A DNA stretch of 64,000 nt from a virus, in the IMG/VR virus record IMGVR_UViG_3300009103_000015, positions 13,877 to 77,876 of that record; one strand, written 5' to 3'. Below, one piece after another: positions 50,094 through 62,515 of the stretch. The notes beneath the pieces were generated by a model. It was not told the DNA's origin. It saw only the letters and a list, made by a program, of their open reading frames with translations, and did no database searches. The translations under genes and the position numbers were made by a program. Within the stretch, counting starts at the first letter, position 1. Each line of letters starts with the position of its first letter.

Positions 50094-52070
50094 ATGTCAT
50101 ACTTCACTGATTCAAACAACAACTTCAATTCAGGACTATCCTTTGAAAGTTCTGAAAAGGACAAGATAATTTCTAACACAGTTAAACTGATAGAGAAGTT
50201 CACTGGAAAGACTACGACACATTTCATAGATGATCAAATACCAATGGGAGAATTTAGAATCTTTAACAGAACTGAATGGATTGGTAATAGAGAAGAAGAT
50301 ATAATACAGATAGGAGTTAGTTCTTACAATACTAAAACTTCTATTGAAAGAGCTATGGCAGAAGTATTCTATGGAAGTGATTACCAATATGCAAAGCAAT
50401 GGGCACATGAAGAATCACATAAAATATCCAATCCTGATTGGAGAAAACAATCTTACGAAATAAATTTAGAAGGCTACGAAACTCTAAACCAAATAAGATG
50501 TCAAGATGCAATAGGTAAACAGTATGTTGGAACAGGAGAAAGAATAACTAAGGAAGATATTGAAAGACAATCACAATTTCCAGTAGATGAAATTCTTAAT
50601 CCAGTTCAAGCTTTGAAAGCAAGACAGATGGGAGTTGACCTAAGTTCAAGTGAGAGGTTTGACAATGAAACAATGGATTACTATATCAATAAAGCAAAAG
50701 GACTTAGCAAGTTAGGACTTTCAAAACTTAGTAAATCATTCTACAATAAAGTTATAGCACCTTGGCTACTTGGTAATCTTCAAAAGATTGAACCAGAACA
50801 ACCAGAACCTGAAACACAAGATGGCGACGGTGATAATGATTCAGATGATACTGATCAAGATAGTCAAAGTGAAAGTAGTGCAGATAGTGATGATGGAGAA
50901 GAAAGTGATTCAGATGATTACGATAATTCAACTTCAGGTAGTGGAGATCAAGATTCTGATGAAGAATCAGAAATGGAATCAGAAGCTGGTCTTGGAGATG
51001 ACGGTAATGATATAGATGAAGGCGATAGTATGTCACAAGAAGGTTGGGATGCTAAAGAAGAACTTGATTCTATTGATCAAACTATAAGTGATCAAACAAA
51101 GAACTCTACTCTATCAGATGATTGGGATAAAGGTGACAACAGTATTTCTTCATCTCAAACTAATGGAACAGAGGATTGGAATAACTTAGAAGATGAAGTC
51201 AGCGATGAAGATCAAGAAGATGGACAAGAAGAATTTAATAAAGTTGAAGAAGCATTATACGACACTAGTTATTCAGATGATACAAATGCAATAAACGTTC
51301 AAGAAGAATTAAAACACTGTCATGTCAACAAAGGCTATAATCCAAATGGTAATGAAGTTCCAGTAAATCGTATGCTTGTTAAACAACTAAGTAAAACATT
51401 TGAAAAGATACTTCAATCATCAGGAGAAGATAACGCACCAGAAGGAAGCGAGTTAGATATCAACGCCTTCATTGATTCTAGAATAGATGGAAGACCTGAA
51501 GTATTTATTCAAGAAGAAAACACAAATGAATTTCAAGCTATAATAGGTGTTGATCTTTCAAGTTCAATGGATGGAAACAAAATTCAAACTTGTTTAGATA
51601 TCTGTGCTAACTTATTGGAATCAATCAAATCAATTCCAAAAGTAAAAGTAAAGATAATTGGTTGGACAGGTAATGATTCCAGTTGTAGAATAATAGAAGC
51701 CACAAACAGAAAAGAGTTGTATGGATTTCAAGCATCATCATTAACTCCAATGGCTAAAGGAATGATATACTGTAAAAATCAATTAGATAGAATGCAAGGA
51801 ACTCGTAAAGTGATGTTCTTCTTAACAGACGGTTATCCAAACGACAATACAGATATTCCTAAAGTGAAACAATGTGTAAATGAAATGAGAATGAATAGAT
51901 ACAGTGTGTTAGGTATTGGTATCGGAATGAATAAAGCAGATTGTGATTCAGATGGAATGTTCCCTGATATGTTTGGTAAAGGATTCATTGCTTGTCCAAC
52001 GGTTGCAGACGTTGAGAGAGTATTAAGACAGGACTTCGTAAAAGAAGTATCAAAGTTTTTGAGGTGTTAA
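50094..52070 (+). CDS. vWA-domain partner protein (CobT/NorD-like) with acidic linker
   Basis: MIDAS DLSSSM...TPM...LTDGYP; long D/E/S tract. Confidence 0.85.
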   Translation: MSYFTDSNNNFNSGLSFESSEKDKIISNTVKLIEKFTGKTTTHFIDDQIPMGEFRIFNRTEWIGNREEDIIQIGVSSYNTKTSIERAMAEVFYGSDYQYAKQWAHEESHKISNPDWRKQSYEINLEGYETLNQIRCQDAIGKQYVGTGERITKEDIERQSQFPVDEILNPVQALKARQMGVDLSSSERFDNETMDYYINKAKGLSKLGLSKLSKSFYNKVIAPWLLGNLQKIEPEQPEPETQDGDGDNDSDDTDQDSQSESSADSDDGEESDSDDYDNSTSGSGDQDSDEESEMESEAGLGDDGNDIDEGDSMSQEGWDAKEELDSIDQTISDQTKNSTLSDDWDKGDNSISSSQTNGTEDWNNLEDEVSDEDQEDGQEEFNKVEEALYDTSYSDDTNAINVQEELKHCHVNKGYNPNGNEVPVNRMLVKQLSKTFEKILQSSGEDNAPEGSELDINAFIDSRIDGRPEVFIQEENTNEFQAIIGVDLSSSMDGNKIQTCLDICANLLESIKSIPKVKVKIIGWTGNDSSCRIIEATNRKELYGFQASSLTPMAKGMIYCKNQLDRMQGTRKVMFFLTDGYPNDNTDIPKVKQCVNEMRMNRYSVLGIGIGMNKADCDSDGMFPDMFGKGFIACPTVADVERVLRQDFVKEVSKFLRC

Positions 52071-52268
52071 GAAATTGAAACTATCACAGAAAGAATGGAA
52101 GAACTACTATCCTATGATTAATGCAATGGTAAGAGGAAAAATAAATTCTCCATTGATAATAGTCACTGAAAACTTAAAGGATATTCCAGATAAAATAATA
52201 AACCATTCTATATTGATTGATAACACTCAAGAAGAACAAGAAACATTTCCATTGGAGAATGAACCACA

Positions 52269-52538
52269 ATGACAGAAGATAATTCAAACCAAGAAAGATT
52301 AGAAGCCTTGAAGAAGATACTAAGTAAAGACAAAGACTATGACTTCTCACTTTCAGGTAGAAGAATTAGATTAATCTATACAGATGATAGATATACAGAA
52401 CTGAAACCACATGACGAAGGAACAATAGAATTGATTCATAGACATGAAGGTTCTGAAGATCAGATGTGGGTTAAGTGGGATAACGGTTCTAGTCTAATGA
52501 TGCTTGTTGGAAAAGATAGATACGAGGTGTTAGAATAA
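52269..52538 (+). CDS. DUF4314-like protein
   Basis: GRRIRLIYTDDRY...GTI...VKWDNGSSL. Confidence 0.7.
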   Translation: MTEDNSNQERLEALKKILSKDKDYDFSLSGRRIRLIYTDDRYTELKPHDEGTIELIHRHEGSEDQMWVKWDNGSSLMMLVGKDRYEVLE

Positions 52539-55500
52539 TGGTCACAGGATATGAAAGAGAGTTTTATGATAACGTGTCAAGACTTAGACAAGAAACACAA
52601 ATGCAAAGAATTGAAATACAGAAAATGAATGTTAAATTACAAGAACTAATATTCATAATGAAACAACTTGTTGATGGAAAACTTAGTAAAACAACAGTTG
52701 ATACAATTATGGGGGATATGAAAAATGGATAAGTGGGATAGACAAGAAAAGGAAAATACCAATAGGAAAAGAAGAATGAAAAGAATTGCTTCCAAGAAAA
52801 TGAAAGAGATCAATCATATGCTTAGAAGAGATACTACTTTAACAGAAATGAATAAAGATGGTAGTCCAAAAATAACATGGAGTGAGATGAAAGAATATTA
52901 CTTGCTACATCAATCAGATCAAATGTCAACTTTAGAGTTCTTTAAGATACTGGAAAAATATTTCTACGAATTAAATGAACCTTCAGGAGATGATTTACTT
53001 TGAAAAAAGAAGTAAGATGTTTCCATTGTGGCGATAACGCTTTTGTTGAAAACAAAGGAATCATTTACGTTAGAGCTAAAGTGAATGACAAATGGGAAAA
53101 CGTTCCATGTTGTTTTCCATGTTGGCAAATGAAGTATCGTGGTGTCAAGAAAGAAGATGTTAAACCTACTCCAAGTGGTATGCCTTTCGATCCAGTGAAA
53201 CTATTGGAAATGCTTCAGAAAACACCAGACGATAAAAAGTTTGAAATGTTAATGAAGAATCTACCAAAGAATATAGTTGATCTTAGAATGATTGCAAATA
53301 TGATATACAAAATGACGAAACGTTTGAATGGAATAAACCCTGAATATGTTTGTCCAGAATTTACTAAGTTGAATGACTTGGCTAACGACGATGGAACAAA
53401 ACCATTTGATGATAAAGATCAAAGAAAACATAGGAGAGCAGTTATGTCTCATCCATTTTCATGCGACCATCAACATTGTAAAGGATTAACTCAATTCTTA
53501 ATTGCAACTGGAATGGATAAGATAGTTCATCCAGATTATGGAAGTATGAATGAAGCGATATCAAAAGAAGAAGAAGAAAGTGTAGAGGGATTAAAGTAAT
53601 GGAATGTTTAGAAGAAGGATGCACATTTCACTTTATTGAAAACCAGAACGGTTTAATTCAATATACTTTACACAGAATACTAAAGCATCCTAATACAGAT
53701 GTTTGGACTGATCGTAGGACAAGAGAGTTCAACGAAACATTGGTAGCAGTCCTAGAGAAAACAAAACAAAATGAAAATGAAACAAAAAACAAAAACTAAA
53801 GTGAAACGAAAGTCGCCTGAAATTTTAATTGGCAAAGACAATCGTTTACAACCTAACGCAAACGTGTTAGCAAATGCCAGAGCAGAAATTGAAACTCTGT
53901 TATCTGAAATAAAGTATCTTCAAGAATACGGAATTAATCCAATGGAACACTTTGACGGATTTGGAATGGACTTCCATAGACATCTAAGATTTACTAGATT
54001 AAGTCTTGATGTGTTAAAAGACCATGTCCACGATGTTGTTAAAGGAAACATGGAACTTGAAGCTCAAGAAGAGGAGAATCAGAAATGAATTTCCTTTCTA
54101 AACTCTTTGGAAGAAAAGAGAAACCAAAGCAGAAAAAACTTAGTAAGAAATCTAAACCAAAGAAACCTACTAAGAAAGAATACATCAAATGGAATTGGAG
54201 CAAACCAAAAAGAAGATTGGTCAAAACAATGCACGATAAAGGAATTGGTTTTCCTGAAATCTTTGCAGAGTTAGTTAGACTTTATCCTAACGAAGAGTTT
54301 GCTAAAGTTCCTTATGGTAAAAGTGTCAGTTCAATGTTAAGACATATTTGCCTACAAAGAATTGATGGTTCTGATTATAAAACTTCAGAAGCAGAAAGAA
54401 AAAGCAAACGCATTAACTTGGAAGAAGATTCAACGCCAGAAGAAATAGAGAAATGGAAACATAAAGTCCAACGACAACATAAACATACTCCACCTAGCAA
54501 ACATGACATGGATAAAATATGCCCTGCTTGTTTTGGAGAAGAAAGTAGATTGATTGTTGGAAGAACACTTTATCAAGCATGGCAAGAATACTTAGTTATT
54601 CAGAAAAGAAAATCTACTCATTTCCTTAGATGGAAAAATGCTGGTGGAATGAAAGATGAAGTTCAAGCTTTGAAAAGTAGATTTAATCAAAAGGGAGAAT
54701 ACATTCCAAGAAACGAAAGAAAGAATCAAGAAACTGAAGTAAAGCCTAAAAGCAATACGGAAGTAAAAGAAGTAAAAATAGAGTATGATGAATCATCTCA
54801 TACTTGGACAGAGGATAAAAATTAGAATGAAACAAGAAACAAAAAAACTATACGGAATAGCAGATGCTCATGGAATTGAGAGTTTTATCACAGCAGAAGA
54901 ATTGCAAGATAAACCATTTCCATATATACTACGAGCAGATCTAAACCGTCAACGTCACGCAGTTTTTTACGAAGTAGAGTTATTACTTCCAGACGTAGAA
55001 GTTGTAAAACAATTACTCAAGAAAGGAAAGTATCAAGAATCCTTACAGTTCATAAAAAAGAACTTAAAGAAATTGAGTTTTCCAAAAGCACAGAGTTCCA
55101 ACTATGGAAAATCATGGAAGTTGATTCCAAACCCTGACTTAGACCCTTGGGGAAACAACTACGAGGGGGAAAAGTAAATTGGGTTATTCAGATGACATGA
55201 AAGAAAAGCCTGTTGAACAACAATTAGGTTTTCGTAAGTCAATGAGAATACTCAATGAAGAGAAAGTTCAAAAATACTTAGACGAAGTGTTTGAGTTTGA
55301 ACCTCATGTGAAAACCATTGAACTACTGAAGCCTGACGAACATGGGTATAGAGTTGTAATACATGGAACAAAGATTGGACATATCATTGGAAAGCGTGGT
55401 TGGATATTGAAACTTCTAACAGATACTGTCAACTGTAAGTTTTCTATATCTGTTCGCTTTACATTAAAGGAGATGGAACAATAATGAAAGTGAATGGAAA

Positions 55501-58450
55501 GTATGTTTATCAAGGTTCAGTTATTGGTAAAGTGACAAACTTGAATCCAGAAGAATGGTTTGGTAAAGTTGAACTTTCAAATATGCCTGAATTTGCAGAG
55601 TATGGATATTTAGATCCAGATGCAAAAGTTATAGCAGAAGATGGAAAAGTGTATGAAGCACCAAAGAAACCACAATTCCCACATGGAGATGCATAATAAA
55701 TTGTCATCTAAAATATCTAAAGAAGGTGGAAAGACTTTCTTTGATGGTAAAGAATTATTGCATTGTGAAATATGTGATAGAAACTATACAGGAGAACATT
55801 CAGCTTCTGCTTGTTCTATGTATGTCAAAATCAGTAGAGATATCAAAGAAGAACATGAGAATGATAAAACACTACAATTCATTCCAAGATCTGATGGTCA
55901 TGGAATAAATAGGTATGATGAGTTGAATCAATCACTTAAGAAACAAATAAGTGAAGATGAGATTAGATCTCTATTCAATTTGAGAAAAACTATCAATACT
56001 CTAGATGGAGATATTCATTCATTACTAAAGAATGGATTAAGCCTAGAAGATCTAGATAACATTGTCACAGACTTTACTGTAATCAACAGATGGGTTGAAG
56101 ACTTTGTAAGATGGAGAGATTCATTGGAGATGCAAAATGACTAATAACAACACAATGCAGTTCAAACTTGCTTGGAATCTAACAGGTGAAAAAGATACTG
56201 CTGTTTACTTTGACACTCCAGTGATACCTTTTGGTAGAATAGAAGCATTAGGACAGAAGATTAGAATTGTCGCAGATAAGATAACTGCTGGTTGGGAAAA
56301 GCATTGGCAAGAAACCTATCAAGGATTGAAAGATGATCCAGAATACAAAAATTGGGATACGACAATTCCACGAGCTCTTGTTGTAATACTTCATGTCAAC
56401 GATGATGAGTTGATAAGAACACAAGATAATACTTTACCTAATCAGTTCCCACAATGCTTCCATGAATTATGCTATCGTTTAGCAGAAGGACTTGAAGCTA
56501 TGAAGTATGAACTATCTCCAGAAGAAAGAGATGTAGTTGAAAACGGTGGAATATTAGAAAGGGAGAATGGTGTCACAATGATGTCAACTGAAACAGGAGA
56601 TAAGATAAGTAGTGAGGTAGATGGAAATGAATGAAGAAACAAAAACAGATAAGAAAACTATTGTTCAAACAGGACATAGAGTTTCTATATACTTAGCAAA
56701 CAATACAACTTCGTTTGGTAAAGATATGTCAATAGAATTACATTCTGAAAATGAAGATACAAAAACTTTACTAGGTTATGCAGAAGCATTCATTGAAAAA
56801 CATAGGAGAGATAACAATGGATGAAGATGAAAGACATGAAGACTATCCTACAACAGAAGAAGAGTGGGAAGCTCTTGAGAAAGAGAAAGAACTAGAAGCA
56901 CAGAAATGGAATGATTACTGTCGTAAAGTAGCAAAAGAAATACGATGGTTGAAGGAGAAGAAACAATTATGACAAAAGAAGTAATAAGAAAAGTAGATAA
57001 GGGAAGTATTCAAGGCGAATACATTCTCAAAAACACAGATCCTGACAAGAAGAAAATTATTTTTTCTAGCGTGGTATGGTATGATCCAGAATCCGATAGA
57101 TATACCTTCAAGTCAGAATCAGATATGAACGGAAACTTAGTTTCTGGAGATATTGTATCTCACAAACTGATACAAGATTTACTAAGTATTAGCAAGTGGC
57201 GTATGCAACATCTAGAAGAACAACATCACAAAGAAGCAGAAAACAATTTCGCAACAGATCTAAACGAGGAGAAAGATGAAAAACAAAACTGAAGATATTC
57301 TTGTGGAAGATAAGATAACTTGCGAGTATGTGGAAGATGGAAAAGTATGTGGAGAGAACATAGAAAATGAACACTATCAATATAGAAGCATGGGATTCTG
57401 TCAGAAACATTACAATCAAAATGCAGATGATCTTTGGGAAGAATTTCTAATGACAAGGGAAGCGTGTAGATAATGAGTTTATCACAAGATGACTATTCAA
57501 AAAGCAGAATTGTCAAACAGGAAAACTTTGGTCAATACTTTATTTCAACTGTAAGATTGCCTGAAGCATACAGATTTGAATTGGAAGGTAGAAAGTCATG
57601 GACATTAGGAAAGTATGAAACAATGATTTCTCTAAATGGAGAGTGGCTTGATTACCAAGAAAGATGCGATACTTTACAACAAGCAAAGATACAACATCAA
57701 GAAGCATTGTTATGGGTGATGTTAAAATGACAGAAGAAGATCATACCTGTCCAATATGCGAAGGAAGTATTGATAGAGAACATTATCTATTCGTAGTAGA
57801 AACTATGATGGATCCAAAGAAGATTCAAGCCTATATGAATAAGGAATGGACTTTTGAAATATGGAAAGAATCAAAGAAGGAGAGTTTGACTTGAATATTC
57901 CAACTGAAAATGCTTTACTTGACACTTTGAATTGTGGTGGAGATGGAATACGATATCTAAAAAGTATGTGGGAAGATATGATTGAAGCATTATGGGATGG
58001 TTCAATTCCAACTCCATCTTTTCGTTGGGGAAAACCAATAGATATGTTTGAAGAGTTTTACGAGAAAAGAATAAGCAAGAGTGACTTTGAATATTTCATC
58101 AATACAGAGTTTAATCTATCAGAACAATACTTCTGGAGTAATATAGTCAGAGGAAACGTAGATGATAGGCATAAACCTTTGTTTGATTGGTGTCTTCGAA
58201 GATACGATAGAGATGCAGAAGATTCAGCGAGAGACAAATATGAAATGGAGCATGATCTATAATGAAAGACGAAATTAAAGACGAGATGTCAGAAAAACTG
58301 TTTGGAAGAAAGTTTACTGAAAGCAGAAGTAGTAATGTCTGTGTTTCATGTGGAGAACAATTAACTCCATTCAGAGATTCTACATCTAGAAGAGAGTGGG
58401 AAATATCAGGTATGTGTCAACGGTGTCAAGATAAGGTGTTTGGGAGGTGA
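52538..58450 (+). other. Array of about 20 small coupled hypothetical ORFs (probable early/host-interaction genes)
   Basis: Overlapping or abutting ORFs of 60-250 aa, frequent GGAG/GAGG upstream. Confidence 0.6.
55179..55484 (+). CDS. Stand-alone type II KH domain resembling the N-terminal domain of ribosomal protein uS3
   Basis: VQKYL...IEL...RVVIHGTKIGHIIGKRGWILKLLT...FTLKE; IGKRG = GxxG loop. Confidence 0.65.
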   Translation: MGYSDDMKEKPVEQQLGFRKSMRILNEEKVQKYLDEVFEFEPHVKTIELLKPDEHGYRVVIHGTKIGHIIGKRGWILKLLTDTVNCKFSISVRFTLKEMEQ

Positions 58451-58569
58451 AACTATGAAAGAATGTGATAACTGTGCAGAAGAAGTAGAGTGTGTAGATG
58501 AGAACAACATCTGTTCACAATGTTCTTCAGCGTTCCAAGAGTTTGAAAACTTTGACGAGGAGTTAAAAA

Positions 58570-59145
58570 ATGACCGAGATTAAAGTATGGATTCTTGCAG
58601 GTGTTAGTGGGTGTGGTAAATCCACATTCACTAATGTTTTGAAAAGCGAATTGAATGGAAAACTTAACGTATGTTCAACTGATTCTTACATTGATGATTA
58701 TTGTAAAGAAAACAATGTTGATTATCAGGAAGCATACAAACAGATACAGGAAAAAAATCTATTCAGAAATGCAACTGCTAAATATTATTCTGATATAGAA
58801 GACAGTATCAAAAGTGAAACTGATTTCGTGGTAGATAGAACTAATCTAACCAGTGGTGCTAGAAAACATCTCATAGAAAATCTAAGAAATACAGCTAAAG
58901 TATTAGGACACGAACTTAGTATTAGAATTGTGTTCTTTGATATTCCGAAAGAAGAGTTGTTAAGGCGAAATGGTTTGAGGTCAGAATTGATAGGAAAGTT
59001 TATTCCACCAGAAGTTTTACTAACACAAATGAAAACACTTGAAAATGTAAAACATGATGAAGGTCATAACATCTTAAAGAAAATGGATGAGTATGAAGAT
59101 CCAATGATAGTGACAAGAACTTGTAAGGAGTGGTTATTAGAATGA
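58570..59145 (+). CDS. P-loop kinase (AAA_33/polynucleotide-kinase-like)
   Basis: GVSGCGKST, CSTD, VVDRTNL..R, RNxxR lid, IPPEVL. Confidence 0.78.
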   Translation: MTEIKVWILAGVSGCGKSTFTNVLKSELNGKLNVCSTDSYIDDYCKENNVDYQEAYKQIQEKNLFRNATAKYYSDIEDSIKSETDFVVDRTNLTSGARKHLIENLRNTAKVLGHELSIRIVFFDIPKEELLRRNGLRSELIGKFIPPEVLLTQMKTLENVKHDEGHNILKKMDEYEDPMIVTRTCKEWLLE

Positions 59146-59263
59146 TTGTTGAATGTAATTTATGTGGTTGGGAAACTGAAGATGATAATATCTATGGAAA
59201 ACAAAGACATGAAGAATGGCATGATGGAAGTCAAGCTAAGAAACACGCATCTCAAAATAAAAT

Positions 59264-60055
59264 ATGGGGGAAAGTAAAATGGGCGAAGAAGACGTTCCAA
59301 CAATGAATCCTTATGATTCTTCTGATAGATATGATGATTATAATGATGGAGATCAATGGACACAAGAGGAATTAGATGAAATGAGAGATATAGAAAAGAT
59401 GCATAAGAGTGGAGATGTCTATAAGACATACGAAAATGTTTGTCCAGAAAACAACACTCAAAATTATACTAAGGGTGAAAAGACTGGATGGAAACTAGGT
59501 AGCGAGAATCAACCTCATTTCAAATGTGATTGTGGTAATATGAGTTATGAAGAACCATGTCATATTAGTGGAGAAGTCAATGGAGTGTATAGAAATCCAT
59601 GCACACAGTATGAAAATCATCAACACTTTGATCGTTCATTACATAGTGATGCCTTTTGGCTAATCAACGAATACATTACTAAGTTTTCAACCAACAAAAC
59701 TGTAAGTGAGAAAGAGATTGATCTAGTAAGAACTATTCAGAGAAGAAATTGGACTTTATCTTCTAATGAAGTTCTAGCTATCTGTGCTTTGATCAAAGGA
59801 AGAAAATTCACAAAGACCGAAAAGGAAGTTTTGAAGAAAGGTGATATGCCTAAAGTTATGGATATGGAAATCAACTTAGATGATTGGTTCTTAGATGATA
59901 TTCAAAAATTCACAAAGAGAGCAGTAAAGAGCTGTTTGACTTTAGAAGAAGAATCATTTCTAGGAACTAATAAGATGGACAAACTTATACTAGATATCTG
60001 CAATAAAGTATTCCAAGAATTATACAGAGAGGTTAAACTGAAACAAAATGATTGA
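59264..60055 (+). CDS. Hypothetical protein
   Basis: 263-aa ORF with CDC..CH..C..H cluster. Confidence 0.55.
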   Translation: MGESKMGEEDVPTMNPYDSSDRYDDYNDGDQWTQEELDEMRDIEKMHKSGDVYKTYENVCPENNTQNYTKGEKTGWKLGSENQPHFKCDCGNMSYEEPCHISGEVNGVYRNPCTQYENHQHFDRSLHSDAFWLINEYITKFSTNKTVSEKEIDLVRTIQRRNWTLSSNEVLAICALIKGRKFTKTEKEVLKKGDMPKVMDMEINLDDWFLDDIQKFTKRAVKSCLTLEEESFLGTNKMDKLILDICNKVFQELYREVKLKQND

Positions 60056-60435
60056 CAGGTTTATTAGGAAAGAGGTCAAATAAGTATATGGCTAAACTAC
60101 CAAGATCTGGAGCAAGACGTGAAGTGGCAGATCATGTGATGAAAGGTCTAACAAAAGAAGGACATGATAATTTGAGAGCAATTCAACCACAGGTTCTTGT
60201 TTCATTAGATGATGATACTTTCTATTGGAGTGTTAAAATAATATCATTGCATGAAGATACTTCTGGAGTTGGAATACAAAGAAAGTATGAAGAAGGTTTT
60301 GAAATTGTTGAAGATTCAAAAGGTAAGTTTTCTACAAAATTGAGAGTTATGAAACCAACGAATAGTCTAAAAAAATTAACTGTAAAAAAAAGTTCAAAGA
60401 AATTACCTTTAAAGGCACATGGAAGAAAAGGATAA
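60052..60435 (+). CDS. Basic hypothetical protein
   Basis: 127-aa coupled ORF, TTG start. Confidence 0.5.
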   Translation: MTGLLGKRSNKYMAKLPRSGARREVADHVMKGLTKEGHDNLRAIQPQVLVSLDDDTFYWSVKIISLHEDTSGVGIQRKYEEGFEIVEDSKGKFSTKLRVMKPTNSLKKLTVKKSSKKLPLKAHGRKG

Positions 60436-60582
60436 GGCAATTATTGCAAAAGCATTAGCTCTAACAATGCCAATTTCAAAGTATGAAAATGAATCAGAAT
60501 GGTATGAAGATTTTAAGAAGATATATAGAAAAATACGAAAGAGTGAATAGGGTTTATTTAGTGATTAATTATAATATTGATA

Positions 60583-61347
60583 ATGGCTTATAAGAAAAAA
60601 ACTTCAGTAGCAGATCAGAAAATAGAAAGCGATATTTATTTCAGATACCGAAAGGCACAGAATCGTATTCTAGAAACTGAAAGATTAGGAACACTTCATG
60701 TAAGTGATCTAAATTCTCCATGTGTGAGAAAAGTGTATTATTCTAAGACATCTCCGAAAAGAGAGATGGACACAGAAAGTGCAAAGGCATTAGTATTTGG
60801 TCAGATGTTGCATAAAGAATTAATTCTAGAACCAGAAGGAAACGAAGTCACTCTGGCATGGGATTATGTAAAAGATGAACCTGTCGATGCTGTAAAACTT
60901 AGTAAGAAATTAGATCCTAACGATCCAAAATGGTATGATATTATAATTGGAACGATAGATGATTTGATTACTGTTGGAGATGATGTTGTGATTACAGATA
61001 AGAAAACGACAGGCAGTATTGATTACTTTAAGAAATATGGTAATGCTAGTGAATCTCATGTTTCTCAAATCAATAAATATGCAGTTCTTTTGAAGAAATG
61101 TAAGGGAATAGAAGCAACGAAAGGTTGTGTTGTCTATATTTCATCTACTATGACAAAAGATCAATATGATAAACCTACAATAATTCCATTTGATTTAGCA
61201 GATAGAGAAGAAACTGAAAAGGAAATGATTGATCAGGCTAAGAAGATTAAAGAAGCTATGGTTAATGAAATCAAGCCTGAAAGGACTAAATGTTTCTTAT
61301 GTGACGGTATGTGTCCTCATGCCACGTTTTGTTTTGATGATGATTAA
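60583..61347 (+). CDS. Solo Cas4-like PD-(D/E)XK exonuclease
   Basis: HVSDL..CVRK, GQMLH, GTIDD, DKKT, QINKY, C-terminal CFLC...CPH..FC. Confidence 0.8.
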   Translation: MAYKKKTSVADQKIESDIYFRYRKAQNRILETERLGTLHVSDLNSPCVRKVYYSKTSPKREMDTESAKALVFGQMLHKELILEPEGNEVTLAWDYVKDEPVDAVKLSKKLDPNDPKWYDIIIGTIDDLITVGDDVVITDKKTTGSIDYFKKYGNASESHVSQINKYAVLLKKCKGIEATKGCVVYISSTMTKDQYDKPTIIPFDLADREETEKEMIDQAKKIKEAMVNEIKPERTKCFLCDGMCPHATFCFDDD

Positions 61348-62515
61348 TGAAGCGATACGAAGTCTCTTGCAAAGAACATGGAGAAGTAATATCCACAGAT
61401 GATAGAGATGAAGTAGATAATATTATACAGAAAGATCATAAAAAGTGTCGTATCACAATGATTGAAACCAAAAGAGGTTTCAGACCTAAGAAATCTATTC
61501 TAGATCTTAGTAAGAATTATGGAGTTGGTGGAAATGCCTAATACAAGAAATGGAAATAAAGTAGTAAGAATATGTAGAAGTTGTGGTAAAGGATTGTCAA
61601 AATTTGAACCTGAATGTAGTTTTATTGAAAGAAATGAAGGAGTGTTAGATTCATGGTTTTAGATAATAATGAGATTAGAGAAATACATGAGAAGGAACAT
61701 ACATTTCTAACGGTTATAAAATCTGGAAAAGGAACATTCACATACTGTAAAGAATGTCTGGAGATTCAATATGGCTAAGACTTTGAGAGATTGGGAAATG
61801 GAACAGATGTTTGGTAAAGAGAAGAAAGAAAGTGGCACAAAGAAAGAAGAGAAGATACCAGATGTGGTTTGTAGAACCTGTTGCAGTAAAGCGACAAAGA
61901 AATTAGATCTTAAGATAGATAAAAGATTAGGATTTGAAGCAGAAGTTCTTCCAGTTTATTTATGTGAAGAATGTAATAATGAGATTATGAAAGATTGTGA
62001 AATTAGAGCAGAAAGGGATCGTAGAAAGAATGGCAACTAAATCACAAGTAAGAAAGAAATTATTAGAACTTTATAGAGAACGAGATATACAAATTAACAC
62101 CAAAGAACATAACGAAACTAGAGAAACTGAAGTCCAAGCACAGATTGATATACTGGTTTGGGTATTAAGTAATAAGAAAGGTGAATTACAAATATGAAGA
62201 TGTATGAAGATGAAGTCGTATGGAAGAAACATTATGAAGATTGGGTAAGAATACTACCAACTGTCACTAATGATTATAGAAAGAAATTGTTCGAGAGGTT
62301 GATAAAAGAGTATGAAGAAATGTCCAAGATGCAATAATGATTATGACGGTTATTGGCAAGAATGCGATAAATGTATAGAGAGTGTTTATCCTGAAAAGTG
62401 AAAAGAGTTCAAATCAATGTAAGATTGATTTTATAGCATCACAGATTAGAGAGAATAGAATAACCTATGAAATATTATTAAGGGAATTAAAGAAAGAATT
62501 AAAGGAGTTCCAGAA

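Noticed and set aside
48784-52070. cobS/cobT as a cobalamin auxiliary metabolic module
   Set aside because: No CobN or other cob genes in the window; a generic MoxR-vWA pair explains the motifs
60583-61347. CRISPR-Cas locus
   Set aside because: No cas1/cas2, effector genes or array seen
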